NCBI GenBank assembly: GCA_031267375.1
Contig: JAIRZE010000086.1
Span: forward strand, 1 to 38,741
DNA length: 38,741 nucleotides
From: Rickettsiales bacterium
Lineage (GTDB): Bacteria; Pseudomonadota; Alphaproteobacteria; Rs-D84
Direction: 5' to 3'
Shown here: positions 19,143 to 27,699 of the stretch, piece after piece
Numbering within the stretch: position 1 is the first letter of the stretch
Layout: each line of letters opens with the position of its first letter
Made by a program: the position numbers and the translations under genes
The notes under the pieces: generated by a model
The model's input: only the letters and a program-made list of their open reading frames with translations
The model's database searches: none
What the model was told of the DNA's origin: nothing

Positions 19143-21192
19143 CCAGAATAATTTGGCGTTGCGAGTTTTAATAAATGATCCGGCGCAGCTAAAAGACGAA
19201 CTATTAACGCGCGACGAACACGGCAACCTGTGTATGCGCGTTGATTTGCAGGGTGGCACCGGCCCGCAAGGAGCGCAGGGCGCACAGGGGAATCAAGGCG
19301 CCCAGGGTGTAGTTGGCGCCCAAGGCCCGCAAGGGGATATTGGCGCAACCGGCGCCCAGGGGAATCAAGGCTGGCAGGGCATCGTCGGCGCCCAAGGTCC
19401 CCAGGGCGCGGACGGAATATCTGTGAATATTCAACCGGGTGTGTATTCGGCGTCAAACCCGCTGCCGGCATTTGGCACGACAGCCGAGGGACAGGCTTTT
19501 ATATACCAAGATTCCAACAATCTTTACGATTTATATATACATCCAATCGGCGGGACAGGCTGGCTGATTATTGATGATTGGGCCGGTATTCCCGGGCCAA
19601 CCGGCCCGCAAGGTAGTCAAGGCCCGCAGGGACCAACCGGCCCGCAAGGGGTCAGCGGGTCAGCGGGTCCAACTGGCGCACAGGGTCCAACTGGCGCCCA
19701 AGGCCCAACCGGCCCGCAAGGAGCGCAGGGCGCACAGGGGAATCAAGGCACTGTTGGCGCACAGGGTGTGCGCGGATTCCAAGGGTATCAAGGTCAGCAG
19801 GGCTATCAAGGCACACAGGGTTATCAGGGTTCCGTCGGCGCCCAAGGTGCAACCGGCGCCCAAGGGGTCAGTGGTCCCCAAGGCTCTACCGGCGCAACCG
19901 GTAATCAAGGCTGGCAAGGTAATGTCGGAGCCACCGGCCCGCAGGGTCCAATAGGCGGCTCTGACGGAGCTGCCACCATAGGTAGCCGTATAATTATAAA
20001 CGCTGCCCGCAGCGTGCAAGAGCAGGACCAGCAGGGGACTATCAGTCTGTCCGGCACCACGGCATTCAGCATCGCGGACCACTGGTCCGTACATCCGGAA
20101 ATCTTCACATCCCTTGTTAACGCGGGCATCTTTATTAATAACGGCGACGGAACTTTTGTTGCATCTCCAAACGCGCGGAGCATAGAAAGGTATAATACGA
20201 GTGCCAACAGCGCTATATCGCTTAGCCTTAGTGTTGGAAGTTATACCAGTCCAGCCACTGGTATACTTGTATATACTAATGCGACAGGGAGTGGAAGTAA
20301 CAACAGCCAAAACGGCATAGTTATAACCATTAATGGTACCCGCTATGATATGATACACGGGTGGAGTGGCGCGGATTATATGTCCGGTTTCGGAACCGTA
20401 TATATCAACAAGGGCGACACTTACGAAATCTTATATACAAACAACGGAACTCTGCTAATCCAGCCGGCAATATATCGTAATGACGAATATATCATCACGG
20501 ACAAGTATATATCCAATTACACCGCGCCAGCGGCGGCGCCTGTGTTTAACTATGCCGTTGGCGATATTACAATAAAAAGCATACCGCTGTCTGTATCAGA
20601 GCAGGATTCGCTTGGCGCCATAAGCCTTGACAGCACTAGCGCGTGGAACATCGCGACGCACTGGGCAAACAATATGACGCAGTACAATGCGTTAGTTGCA
20701 GAGGGTGCGTTGATAGACAATGGCAACGGTACTTTCACTGTCAATAATTTTTATGCAGGATTTACCTGCAAACAAAAGATTTTTGACACCGGATTTCAGG
20801 AAGTAAATGATATTGTTATATCTGGAACAGATAATCAGGTTTGGCCGCATAATCTGAATCTGACACAGAATCAGATTGAAGCTGGAATTACTTTCCGTAT
20901 ATATCTAAAATACAAAGGAAGTCCGGGAAGCACAAATTATCCCGCTGGCTCGGTCTTTGAATCAGACATCCGGGACGATGCCGCATTCCCGGAGTATCCA
21001 GTGATATCGGCAAACAATATTTCATTCGGCGCAAGTGCACCGACGCAAATATGTGTTTTTTATAATAGCAATGGAGCCACTGCTTGGGTTGGATATAACA
21101 ACAATAGTAATTCTTTTCTTATGAAATGGATTTTGGAAGCAAACGCGCCGATAAAGAATGGCTATCTTATTACTGGTAAATGGGGGGCGTAG
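19111..21192 (+). CDS. Collagen-like (Gly-X-Y) fibre protein
   Basis: Two long G-X-Y tracts ([12 protein letters not shown]) and a duplicated domain 'SV.EQD..G.ISL..T.A..IA.HW.......LV..G..I.NG.GTF'. Confidence 0.85.
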   Translation: MPIDTILSRDNQNNLALRVLINDPAQLKDELLTRDEHGNLCMRVDLQGGTGPQGAQGAQGNQGAQGVVGAQGPQGDIGATGAQGNQGWQGIVGAQGPQGADGISVNIQPGVYSASNPLPAFGTTAEGQAFIYQDSNNLYDLYIHPIGGTGWLIIDDWAGIPGPTGPQGSQGPQGPTGPQGVSGSAGPTGAQGPTGAQGPTGPQGAQGAQGNQGTVGAQGVRGFQGYQGQQGYQGTQGYQGSVGAQGATGAQGVSGPQGSTGATGNQGWQGNVGATGPQGPIGGSDGAATIGSRIIINAARSVQEQDQQGTISLSGTTAFSIADHWSVHPEIFTSLVNAGIFINNGDGTFVASPNARSIERYNTSANSAISLSLSVGSYTSPATGILVYTNATGSGSNNSQNGIVITINGTRYDMIHGWSGADYMSGFGTVYINKGDTYEILYTNNGTLLIQPAIYRNDEYIITDKYISNYTAPAAAPVFNYAVGDITIKSIPLSVSEQDSLGAISLDSTSAWNIATHWANNMTQYNALVAEGALIDNGNGTFTVNNFYAGFTCKQKIFDTGFQEVNDIVISGTDNQVWPHNLNLTQNQIEAGITFRIYLKYKGSPGSTNYPAGSVFESDIRDDAAFPEYPVISANNISFGASAPTQICVFYNSNGATAWVGYNNNSNSFLMKWILEANAPIKNGYLITGKWGA
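19258..19749 (+). repeat. 42-bp exact direct repeat in the collagen tracts (19258-19299 and 19708-19749)
   Basis: ACCGGCCCGCAAGGAGCGCAGGGCGCACAGGGGAATCAAGGC occurs twice, 450 nt apart. Confidence 0.85.
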
Positions 21193-21194
21193 AT

Positions 21195-21458
21195 ATGCAA
21201 GAATTAATCAAAGATATTCTGACCCTTGGGTATAACCGATATAAAGAAAATCGTAAGTTTCAGCAGAAAATGCTGACCGTTGTGGACAAACTGGACGTGG
21301 CGGAAATCGTGCTGAAACGCCTGGAATTCCTTAACTGTTATCAACACAAAGGAAACTATCAAACGCTTTGCAAATTATACGATGAGTATAAGAAGCTGGG
21401 CGGCAATAGCTATATTGATGATTTGTTTTTGAATTACAAAAAAGGACAAAAAAAATGA
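21195..21458 (+). CDS. Lysis-cassette-associated small protein (YxxYxxLGGN motif)
   Basis: 'LYDEYKKLGGNSYIDDL' motif, which I associate with genes next to holins; likely start ATG 21195. Confidence 0.6.
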   Translation: MQELIKDILTLGYNRYKENRKFQQKMLTVVDKLDVAEIVLKRLEFLNCYQHKGNYQTLCKLYDEYKKLGGNSYIDDLFLNYKKGQKK

Positions 21459-21748
21459 AGAAATGGTTTAATTCTTGGGAATGGCTAAAATGCAGTAATG
21501 GCAACTGGAATTTTGCGCGTATAGTTAGCGTTTTATTTCTTGTGCCTATACAGGCTTATACTCTGGCTCATACTATATCAATTAAGGGGCTGGAATCAAT
21601 CGGCAGCCTATATCAGTGGCTTGTCGTTTTTATACCCGGTGAACTGATAATTTTTCTGTTTGCGCTGGAAATCTGGCGCGACATAAAAAATACAGGATTG
21701 CGCTTGAAAGTCGGGGACAAGGAAATCAATATCGGCAAAGCCGAGTAA
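21455..21748 (+). CDS. Putative holin (two TM helices)
   Basis: 97 aa with two hydrophobic segments and a charged C-terminus; ATGA overlap with the upstream gene. Confidence 0.55.
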   Translation: MKKWFNSWEWLKCSNGNWNFARIVSVLFLVPIQAYTLAHTISIKGLESIGSLYQWLVVFIPGELIIFLFALEIWRDIKNTGLRLKVGDKEINIGKAE

Positions 21749-21855
21749 ACAGTTTGGCACAAAAGGCCCGATTCAAATGCGTTCTTGGGCCTGCCAAAGT
21801 TGACTTCCTGGATTCGGGAAGTCAATCAATTTAACTCAAAAAAAGGATAAATAAA

Positions 21856-22020
21856 ATGATAAAAGATAAAAATAAGTTATGCGAAAAGTGTGCGCTTATA
21901 TTTTTGAAGTCATCTTTTAATTTTTGCCCTTATTGTGGAAAAAAATTAAAAGCCACAGATTTACAAATAAATTACAGCGAGCATTATATGCCAATAGCGC
22001 AAATAAACAAAGTTGAATAA
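21856..22020 (+). CDS. Small zinc-ribbon protein (54 aa, absent from the ORF track)
   Basis: AAGGA RBS; MIKDKNKLCEKC...FCPYCGKKL. Confidence 0.65.
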   Translation: MIKDKNKLCEKCALIFLKSSFNFCPYCGKKLKATDLQINYSEHYMPIAQINKVE

Positions 22021-22024
22021 AAAT

Positions 22025-22276
22025 ATGCGAAAGAAAGCTGCCAAAAGGTTATTTGCCAACCTGTCAGAGCCGATACTCTGTTGCATCTGCGGCGCGGCGA
22101 TACTTAATCCAAAAGAGCTTTCAAAGGAGCACGAGCCGCCACTATCCAGAGGCGGCACGAAAAACGGCTGGGCCTGGGCGCACAAGTCCTGCAATAACCG
22201 CAAGGGCGCACTGACACAGCAAGAGTATCAGCAATGGCTGATACTTGAAAAACGGAGGCACGGCAATGAGCGTTAA
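22025..22276 (+). CDS. HNH endonuclease
   Basis: CCICG...EHEPPLSRGG...AHKSCNNRKG. Confidence 0.85.
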   Translation: MRKKAAKRLFANLSEPILCCICGAAILNPKELSKEHEPPLSRGGTKNGWAWAHKSCNNRKGALTQQEYQQWLILEKRRHGNER

Positions 22277-22412
22277 ACTGACTGGTTGCGATTCTTGGCT
22301 GCGCCGTTGGCTATGCAGGCTTCGCGGCGGCAAATTGCGTTGTTGCTATAATTATAATAACCAACCGGTTGGATGCTACTGCCGTAGTGTCAAAAAAAAC
22401 AAGAAAGGGTAG
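22266..22412 (+). CDS. Small basic Cys-rich hypothetical protein (48 aa)
   Basis: ATG 22266 after GGAGG, to TAG 22412; fills the gap between the HNH and glutaredoxin genes. Confidence 0.4.
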   Translation: MSVKLTGCDSWLRRWLCRLRGGKLRCCYNYNNQPVGCYCRSVKKNKKG

Positions 22413-22416
22413 CATA

Positions 22417-22701
22417 ATGCAAGAAGCACACATAATAAAAGAATCAATGCTGTTATGGACTGGTGATAATTGCAAATACTGCGATGAATTGCACCAGAAA
22501 GCAGAAGAAACTGGCACACTTTTGCCAATTAAATTAAATGCTCGCGAGCATTTGGATAGGGCAAAAGAGCTTGGGATTAAAACTATCCCAACACTTTACT
22601 ACAACGGCCAGTTGATAACTGGCGTTGATGAAATCCTGAGCGTTATACGCGCAGAAATGCAACTACAAGCCGAAATGGGGGATAAAAGGAGTAAAAAATG
22701 A
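22417..22701 (+). CDS. Glutaredoxin/NrdH-like thioredoxin-fold protein
   Basis: CKYC redox motif, 'IPTLYYNGQLITG' cis-Pro motif; likely start ATG 22417. Confidence 0.8.
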   Translation: MQEAHIIKESMLLWTGDNCKYCDELHQKAEETGTLLPIKLNAREHLDRAKELGIKTIPTLYYNGQLITGVDEILSVIRAEMQLQAEMGDKRSKK

Positions 22702-23168
22702 TAGAATTGATAGGCTTTACAATAATAGGTATGTTTTTTATAAGCATTTTTATCTTTATTTTTGCGGCGGAAGAAATATTGGAGCGTCGGGCTGCCAGGC
22801 ACGCCGCTAAACAAACCCCAAAAAAGCCCGACACGAAGCGTTGCGAGTTTGGTCTGTGCGTGTTATTGGCCTGTGCGCTGGGTTTGTCTGCGTGCGGCAC
22901 TACGCCGCCGTCAAAAGCTATTCTGGATAACGCGGGTGCGCAAATTGAAAATGTTAAGAAGCAGGTAGCAGCGCTGCCGACCGAGTGCAACGCGCAGCCG
23001 ATAATTGCGCAGCTGGATGCAATCGCCGGGGCGCAACAGGCGGCGGCCGCCGCGTGCGAGTCGGAAAAGGCCCCGATTCGGAAAGATATCTGGATATGGC
23101 GTCTGATAAGCGGCTTTCTAGCGACCATTATCGCAGCGTTTGTTGTATACAAAGTAATCAAAAAATAG
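22698..23168 (+). CDS. Membrane protein with internal lipobox and C-terminal TM helix; possible unimolecular spanin
   Basis: N-terminal TM, 'LLACALGLSA-C' lipobox, helical linker, C-terminal TM 'WIWRLISGFLATIIAAFVVY'; directly upstream of the endolysin. Confidence 0.45.
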   Translation: MIELIGFTIIGMFFISIFIFIFAAEEILERRAARHAAKQTPKKPDTKRCEFGLCVLLACALGLSACGTTPPSKAILDNAGAQIENVKKQVAALPTECNAQPIIAQLDAIAGAQQAAAAACESEKAPIRKDIWIWRLISGFLATIIAAFVVYKVIKK

Positions 23169-23192
23169 CAAAAAAATCAATTGGAGGGGTAA

Positions 23193-23777
23193 ATGTCTTA
23201 TTCGGAAAATTTTACAAAATCATTAAAACCGCTATTGGCGGCCGAGGGTGGCTATGTATGCCGAGCATCTGACACTGGCGGCCAGACTTACGCCGGTATC
23301 ACGCGTCGTGATAATCCAGGCTGCGCGTTTTGGAGCCAAATTGACGACATCTGTACGAAGATGTCGCAAAAGTCAAGTAATGGCACGGACGAGCTGGCAC
23401 GGACGATTAATAAAGTCCTGAGTGTTAATCAGCGCGCGCAATCGGAGATTGCGGAATGCTATCACGCGCGGTACTGGTTGCCCGCGAACTGCGACAGTCT
23501 GCCGTGGCCGATATGCGCGATAGTGTTTTCAACGGCCGTGAACTGCGGCACGGTTCCCGCAAAAAAGATACTGCAACAGGCACTCGGAGTCGTGGTGGAC
23601 GGCAATGTCGGCCCCAAGACTTTGGCGGCCGTTGAATCGGCGAATCAGAATACCTTAAAAGCCAAATACTGCGATGTACTGACTGCGCATTATCAGGGGA
23701 TTGTGTCCAAGAATCCCGCGCAAAAGCCGAATCTGACCGGCTGGCTTCGCCGAGTTGCGGATCTGCGCAAACTTTGA
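23193..23777 (+). CDS. Endolysin, GH108 family with a peptidoglycan-binding domain
   Basis: 'EGGYV...DTGGQTYAGIT', 'AVNCG', 'DGNVGPKTLAA', 'GWLRRV'. Confidence 0.92.
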   Translation: MSYSENFTKSLKPLLAAEGGYVCRASDTGGQTYAGITRRDNPGCAFWSQIDDICTKMSQKSSNGTDELARTINKVLSVNQRAQSEIAECYHARYWLPANCDSLPWPICAIVFSTAVNCGTVPAKKILQQALGVVVDGNVGPKTLAAVESANQNTLKAKYCDVLTAHYQGIVSKNPAQKPNLTGWLRRVADLRKL

Positions 23778-23823
23778 AAGTGTTTGCAAAAAGCTTTCAA
23801 AATATTGGATTATTTGAAAGAAT

Positions 23824-23849
23824 AACCCCGGTAGCGAACTACCGGGGTT
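23824..23849. terminator. Hairpin/terminator between the convergent late and leftward operons
   Basis: AACCCCGGTAG-CGAA-CTACCGGGGTT flanked by A/T runs. Confidence 0.75.
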
Positions 23850-23972
23850 TAATATTGGGACAAGCCCTGTTAACCGCCGGGTTTCCGGCGGCAACTTTAT
23901 TGCCAGTTTCGGACACTCCACTGGCGGGGAGTTAGGAGAGTACCTGTTTAGTTCAACTTTGTCCTATCCGGT

Positions 23973-24611
23973 TTATTGCTCCGGAATCTTGCTTATGAAA
24001 ATCTTTGTCCACAAACCGTGGCAATAAGATTTAATCAGGTCTATATACTCATATTGCATAGCCTTTGGTAAGGCCTTATTAATCAAATCAATAACACTTA
24101 TCAGTGTATCAGTTGGCATATAGGTTAACGGCGTGCCAAAATCATCATCGTCTTCGCAATTGTTCGCAGCGGCGACACAAAGCTCGCGCGCCGCCCACGA
24201 GCTCCTGCGGTATTCCGGGAACTCGGCCAAGATGCCCAACAGGTTATCCGCGTGCCAGACCGAAGTGGACGCCGAGTTATCACAGAGCCACAACAGCCAG
24301 CCAGAATCTGTGTCATCTTCATAGGTTATCTTATAGCTTCTCTTCGTGTTCTTTTTAGAATCCTTCGTATCCTGCACCGGTATAAAATTATTGTTGTTAA
24401 AGTTATTAGAATGAACAACCACCACTACTTGCTTAACAGCTTTGCCGTATTCTTTCTGATTGCTTATGCTGAAATCTGCAAACCATTTAGTCTGGCGTTG
24501 CATATTCTCTTCGTCGTGTTTATTCCCAGTATTATTGACCAGCGTGTATTTACCCGCTTCCACAATCAAGTGGAACAGCGGGAAATCAGTTGCGATTTGT
24601 TTGTGTGTCAT
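23973..24611 (-). CDS. Hypothetical protein, last gene of the leftward early operon
   Basis: 212-aa ORF whose start overlaps the methyltransferase stop (ATGA). Confidence 0.65.
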   Translation of the reverse strand: MTHKQIATDFPLFHLIVEAGKYTLVNNTGNKHDEENMQRQTKWFADFSISNQKEYGKAVKQVVVVVHSNNFNNNNFIPVQDTKDSKKNTKRSYKITYEDDTDSGWLLWLCDNSASTSVWHADNLLGILAEFPEYRRSSWAARELCVAAANNCEDDDDFGTPLTYMPTDTLISVIDLINKALPKAMQYEYIDLIKSYCHGLWTKIFISKIPEQ

Positions 24612-25303
24612 TTTTTTAATCCTTTTGTAATTAAATTAAAAAGATATTCAGATAATTCTGGCTCAAACATATTCCGCAAAACCTGTCTTTTATTTTTGAT
24701 TTTTGGCCAATTGGACAAGTCAAACCCCGTATCATCCTTAACACGCTTTATAGAGTAGTAGTCTATATTTTTTATACCACGGTTCGGGGAGATTTTATTT
24801 GATTTAGGGGGGGGCGGTATAAGGAGCGGAATGTCAGCGTTAGTCCATACATAATGCCGTCCGATTTTGCGCAAAAATAGCGGGGCGAACCGGACGAAGC
24901 GATCATAATATGGATTGACATTTTCTATAATCCAAGTCGGCGGATTATTACTTGGCAATGTCATCATAAATATTAGTAGTTGAATAAGCATTGGGTCAAT
25001 GAATTCGTGCTCTTTTGCTTTTGAATTTTTCTTATTACGAACTCCGAGCTGATAACGCAAGCGCGAGTGTGTCTGGCACGGCGGCGAAGCTTGTATAATA
25101 TTTTCTTTTCCTTGATAAGTCTTCCAATTATCGCGCAGATAGGCCATAGCGTCGCCGACGATTACTGTGTGGTTCGGATAGCGGTCAGCGTAGCACTCGG
25201 CGATCGCCGGGTCATTTTCAATGGATACAACATCCCAGCCGGACAAGTCCAGCTTTTCGCACCAGCCACCGATTCCAGCAAAAAGTACAAGCATTTTTGG
25301 CAT
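24608..25303 (-). CDS. Orphan C5-cytosine DNA methyltransferase (short)
   Basis: Motif I LFAGIGG, motif IV ASPPCQ, motif VI IIENV; 231 aa. Confidence 0.88.
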   Translation of the reverse strand: MPKMLVLFAGIGGWCEKLDLSGWDVVSIENDPAIAECYADRYPNHTVIVGDAMAYLRDNWKTYQGKENIIQASPPCQTHSRLRYQLGVRNKKNSKAKEHEFIDPMLIQLLIFMMTLPSNNPPTWIIENVNPYYDRFVRFAPLFLRKIGRHYVWTNADIPLLIPPPPKSNKISPNRGIKNIDYYSIKRVKDDTGFDLSNWPKIKNKRQVLRNMFEPELSEYLFNLITKGLKK

Positions 25304-25704
25304 CAGAAAATACTTAAATTATCGGGTTTCGGCTCCCCGGAATTGTTATAGGCATCCAGTGCCGCCTGAGCGGATACCAATATGTCTTTGCGCAATTTAT
25401 CTTCGTTAATCGGTACCATACATAACTCTTCCATATACTCCGCTAGCTTAGCTAATTTGTAATAATCTTCCCTGTCCAAGGCATTTTGTAAGTCGTATTC
25501 TTCGGGTATTAGCACATAACTAACTATTAATCTTTTATCTTTTGGTAAGCGACATTCTAGATCGTGCTTACCAAAATCACCAATATCGGTGAATTTATCT
25601 ATCGTTTCTTTTACAAATTCAATAAGTTCAGTGGCAGTGCCACTTGATGGGAATCCCGCTTTCAAAACAGCTTCAAAGTCAGCTGAGAGTATTATGGTTT
25701 TCAT
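25303..25704 (-). CDS. Hypothetical protein, first gene of the leftward operon
   Basis: True start is ATG 25704 (MKTI...), after the AAGGAG RBS inside the inverted repeat. Confidence 0.7.
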   Translation of the reverse strand: MKTIILSADFEAVLKAGFPSSGTATELIEFVKETIDKFTDIGDFGKHDLECRLPKDKRLIVSYVLIPEEYDLQNALDREDYYKLAKLAEYMEELCMVPINEDKLRKDILVSAQAALDAYNNSGEPKPDNLSIF

Positions 25705-25801
25705 CGTCAAATCTCCTTTGGTTAGGCTTATTGTAGATTAATCTACTTTAATTGTCAAATAAAAAATGTAGATTGTTCTTAATAATAAGAGGATAGGGAT
25801 T
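25699..25801 (-). repeat. Left copy of a perfect 103-bp inverted repeat (leftward promoter, operator, RBS, ATG-AAA)
   Basis: Base-by-base reverse complement of 27698-27800. Confidence 0.97.
25730..25758 (-). promoter_or_regulatory. Leftward sigma70-type promoter with overlapping palindromic operator GTAGATTAATCTAC (25733-25746)
   Basis: TTGACA-17 nt-TACAAT on the minus strand. A degenerate second operator copy (10/14 match) lies at 25768-25781. Confidence 0.85.
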
Positions 25802-25830
25802 GTAGTACAATTAATAAGTAAGGATATAAA

Positions 25831-26208
25831 ATGCTGACTAACAAACAAATAATAGCCAGAATTCGCTCTATTGCCAGCGCAAAAGGGATAAAAAACGATG
25901 CTGAAATTGCAAGGCGCGCCGGAACAACTCACGTAATGCTTATAGATATTCCAAATCTAAAAACATCCCCCCGCTTGGATACCATAGACAAGTTCGCGCG
26001 CGCTCTTGGCGTATCGGTTTCAGATTTAATTTACCCCGAACAATCACAAAAAGATACCGAAATGCTGGAAATATGGAATCAATTAAACGATTCGGAACAA
26101 TCCGAAATGCGCGGACTGATGTCCGGAATAATTTTACGCAGAAAATACGGACTGGATTCTGATTCTGAGCATAAAAAAACATTACCAAAGAAATCCGCCG
26201 CCGCATAA
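25831..26208 (+). CDS. XRE/cI-like HTH repressor (no S24 peptidase domain)
   Basis: 'DAEIARRAG...SPRLDTIDKFARALGVSVSDLI' HTH; 125 aa; divergent from the leftward promoter. Confidence 0.85.
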   Translation: MLTNKQIIARIRSIASAKGIKNDAEIARRAGTTHVMLIDIPNLKTSPRLDTIDKFARALGVSVSDLIYPEQSQKDTEMLEIWNQLNDSEQSEMRGLMSGIILRRKYGLDSDSEHKKTLPKKSAAA

Positions 26209-26280
26209 TTGCCGAAAACATAGTATTTATCACGGATTTGAAATTATTAAGAGAATTGAATTAATAAGGGAAATTTTAAT

Positions 26281-27699
26281 ATGGAGCGGCTAATTGTTAT
26301 TTTAATTATTTTATTTGTTTGGATTTTTTGGAATTTAAGCGCAATTAAGAAACATCACAAGACAAAAGTAAAACTTGATTCGTATCAGAAATCTGTGTTT
26401 GAATATATAACTAAAAATAATGGCAATGTATTTATTCAAGGGAAAGCAGGAACCGGAAAATCAACATTTATCAAATTTCTAGCCAAATATTATAATAACA
26501 ATATTTTGATAGCTGCCCCAACTGGTATAGCGGCTATAAATATAGATGGCTCCACTATTAATTCTCTTTATAAGATTCCCCCAGAAGATATATTAGATCA
26601 AGAACAAATTATTGATTCTGTAAACTTGGACCCTAATAAATATCCACGAAAAAAACTATTTGAAGCGGCGGAATTGTTAATAATTGACGAAATATCTATG
26701 GTGCGGCCCGATATTTTAGATGCAATAGATAATATTCTTCGCGAACTTTTAGATAAAGAAAAACCTTTTGGTGGAAAACAATTGTTATTATTAGGCGATT
26801 TATTTCAATTACCACCGATTATAAAAAATGATAAATCTGATACGGATTCAGTTAGTGTAAGCGCTATATTTAAGGATATTTACGGCTTTTCTAATGCTTA
26901 TTTTTTTGATTCTATCGCATATAAAACCGGAAAATTTAGAATTTTTGAATTTACTAAGGTATATCGTCAAGACGCCGATAATTTACTCACAAAAAATTTA
27001 GATAATTTACGAAATAATATCAATATACAAGAAACGATTAATTATTTTAATACTCTTAAACATTATGACCCTAAAATGTTAAATGAATATACGACGATAA
27101 CGCCATATAGAAAAGTTGCAGAAAATATAAATAATAAACGCTTACGGGAAAACCCTAATGAGCCGCTATCTTTCACAGCAAAAATTATTGATAAATTCCC
27201 TGCGGATGAAGCGCCCAGCCCAAAATTATTAACATTAAAAGTTGGAACACTGGTTATGTTTACTAATAATAGCAAACCTAACTGGCATAATGGAAGTATG
27301 GGGGTGATCACGGGTTTTGAAAAAGACGAAAATGACGGGGAAGATATTATTATCGTAAGTACATTGCCTAATAAAAAAGAAGTTCGGGTTATTAAAACCG
27401 AATGGGAAAAGAAACAATATTATTATGATAAAAAAAGTGGAAAAGTTTCTCAAAAAACTATCGGTAAATTTATACAGTTTCCGCTGGCGCTGGGTTATGC
27501 GATGACGATACACAAGGCCCAAGGGAAAACATTACATAAAGTTATAATAGACATATCCCGCGGAGCGTTTGCACACGGACAAACCTATGTTGCCCTAAGC
27601 AGAACAAGATATAGTTCCGATATGTATATAAAAAATGACTTAAAAATATCTGACTGCTTAACGGATCACAGAATTATTAACTTCTTATCAAAAAAATAA
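26281..27699 (+). CDS. Pif1/RecD-like SF1B helicase with an N-terminal hydrophobic anchor
   Basis: GKAGTGKS, AAPTGIAA, LIIDEISMV, GDLFQLPPI, FTKVYRQ, QFPLALGYAMTIHKAQGKTL, GQTYVALSR; visibly AT-rich. Confidence 0.92.
   Translation: MERLIVILIILFVWIFWNLSAIKKHHKTKVKLDSYQKSVFEYITKNNGNVFIQGKAGTGKSTFIKFLAKYYNNNILIAAPTGIAAINIDGSTINSLYKIPPEDILDQEQIIDSVNLDPNKYPRKKLFEAAELLIIDEISMVRPDILDAIDNILRELLDKEKPFGGKQLLLLGDLFQLPPIIKNDKSDTDSVSVSAIFKDIYGFSNAYFFDSIAYKTGKFRIFEFTKVYRQDADNLLTKNLDNLRNNINIQETINYFNTLKHYDPKMLNEYTTITPYRKVAENINNKRLRENPNEPLSFTAKIIDKFPADEAPSPKLLTLKVGTLVMFTNNSKPNWHNGSMGVITGFEKDENDGEDIIIVSTLPNKKEVRVIKTEWEKKQYYYDKKSGKVSQKTIGKFIQFPLALGYAMTIHKAQGKTLHKVIIDISRGAFAHGQTYVALSRTRYSSDMYIKNDLKISDCLTDHRIINFLSKK

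Noticed and set aside
19249-19960. Repeats in the fibre gene as a DGR template/variable pair or CRISPR array
   Set aside because: The repeats are in-frame collagen codons, identical rather than differing at adenines. There is no reverse transcriptase, cas gene or spacer-repeat periodicity in the window.
19085-20358. Several long overlapping ORFs on both strands in the collagen region
   Set aside because: By-products of G-X-Y codon periodicity (stop-poor alternative frames).
23857-23965. Twister, HDV-like or hammerhead ribozyme
   Set aside because: Twister-like words (TAACTCC, GTGGAG versus CAAGCCC) lie on opposite strands. The pairing order lacks the HDV P3/L3 hairpin, and there is no CTGATGA/GAAA core.
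26281-27699. Helicase as evidence of a Helitron or other transposon bounded by the inverted repeats
   Set aside because: There is no HUH/Rep domain or transposase. The repeats are promoter/RBS units fused to the flanking phage start codons, and no target-site duplication is seen.
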